Notes under the pieces: model-generated
The model's input: the letters and a program-made list of their open reading frames with translations, nothing else
The model's database searches: none
Told to the model about the DNA's origin: nothing
DNA from: Lingula anatina
Lineage: Eukaryota > Animalia > Brachiopoda
Length of the DNA: 64,000 bases
Direction: 5' to 3'
Assembly (NCBI GenBank): GCA_051362555.1
Contig: CM120641.1
Location: 21,018,001 to 21,082,000 of the forward strand
Translations under genes and position numbers: made by a program
Shown here: positions 63,201 to 64,000 of the stretch, in pieces
Layout of the letters: the number at the start of each line of letters is the position of its first letter
Position numbering within the stretch: position 1 is the stretch's first letter

Positions 63201-64000
63201 AACAGTGCTGTCTTGTTTACATTTTGGTATTTTCAAGTTGTGACTTTGAAGTTCCATATGGGCCTGAAGACCTTTGCTAGTCACATTTTCTGAATATCCA
63301 TGATACTAATATTTTATTATTAAAATTGATGGTCATTATGCTGTTAAACATTATGTAATATTGCATCAAAATTTGAAAAAAAAACTATTTTGGGCACTGC
63401 TCCCATGATGACCATTTAAGAAAAACAATGTCACTTACTGTTCTCAAACAGTACAGTAAATATGTACAGATGTGTCTGTACATATTGCCATCACCTGTAT
63501 CTGCCGTCGCCGCCGTCACTGTCACCGGCGCTGGCGCCGTGCACTTTCATTGTAAACATGATAAGTGGAAGGCAGTTTTACTTTTTGGCTGTATGTTTAC
63601 AGAGCTGATGAATATTCATAAAACGCAGGTCAAGTTCGAAAATCAGCATGATCGGGCCATTTTAAGGGAAGTTATGCTGTTTTTTAACTTTTCAGCATAT
63701 ATGCAACACTGTAAACACATTTCAAGGAAAACTGATAGGCCTGTTGTTATGAAACTCACAGGAGTAATCGATCTTATTATAACGCAGGTCAGGTTCGAAA
63801 ATCGGCATGATCGGGCCACTGTTTTAGTAGTTATGCTTTTTTCTTCACTTTTCAGCATATATGCAACACAGTAAATACAATATAAGAAAAACAGATGGGC
63901 CAATTGTCATGAAACTCACAGGAGTGGTCATTCCTGCTAAAACGCAGGTTGAGTTCAAAAATCAGCTTAATCGGGCCATTATTTCAAAGAAATGCCGTTT
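60286..64000. repeat. Complex foldback of HINE-like copies plus co-duplicated flanking DNA
   Basis: Element pieces at about 60286-60545(-), 60771-61112(-), 61755-62290(-), 62286-62405(+) and 63461-64000(+). 60771-61760 is the reverse complement of about 62817-63810; 62400-62815 and 62816-63220 are tandem copies. Confidence 0.9.

Noticed and set aside
59697-63903. Family of similar 129-173 aa ORFs (MCLYILPSPAS...KTQVKFENQHDRA)
   Set aside because: Translations of the repeat module; the 159-bp unit is a multiple of 3. No recognisable domain, and they lie in both orientations within an intron.

Overview
AT-rich, intron-containing animal genomic DNA; the repeat types suggest a mollusc-like invertebrate, but the species cannot be determined. 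Four host genes are readable. (1) A minus-strand RasGRP-like gene: three coding exons at 17055-17652, 5232-5399 and 1890-1995, the last followed by a U12-type ATATCCTT donor; the gene runs off the left edge. (2) A complete 9-exon ARHGAP11-like RhoGAP (45813-54338, +, about 1534 aa). (3) A complete 4-exon AP2S1 (56433-58251, -, 142 aa). (4) The first three exons of POLR1C/RPAC1 (58535-59473, +), head-to-head with AP2S1. The main feature is a young, full-length Ngaro-type tyrosine-recombinase retrotransposon (29567-34334) with identical split direct repeats A1-ORFs-B1A2-B2. Only gag has an ATG. RT/RNase H sits in frame behind a single TGA-C stop, and the recombinase frame can be reached through a phase-matched 2257-nt GT-AG intron from mid-gag, followed by a CAA-TAA-CTAG stop. 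The B1-A2 junction folds into a hairpin, and the element sits at the base of a host hairpin repeat. Also present: a decayed Rex1/Babar-like LINE, many nested or adjacent MITEs, microsatellites, and a foldback of more than 3.7 kb built from Helentron-like (HINE) modules in POLR1C intron 3. All calls were made by eye; no database search was run.
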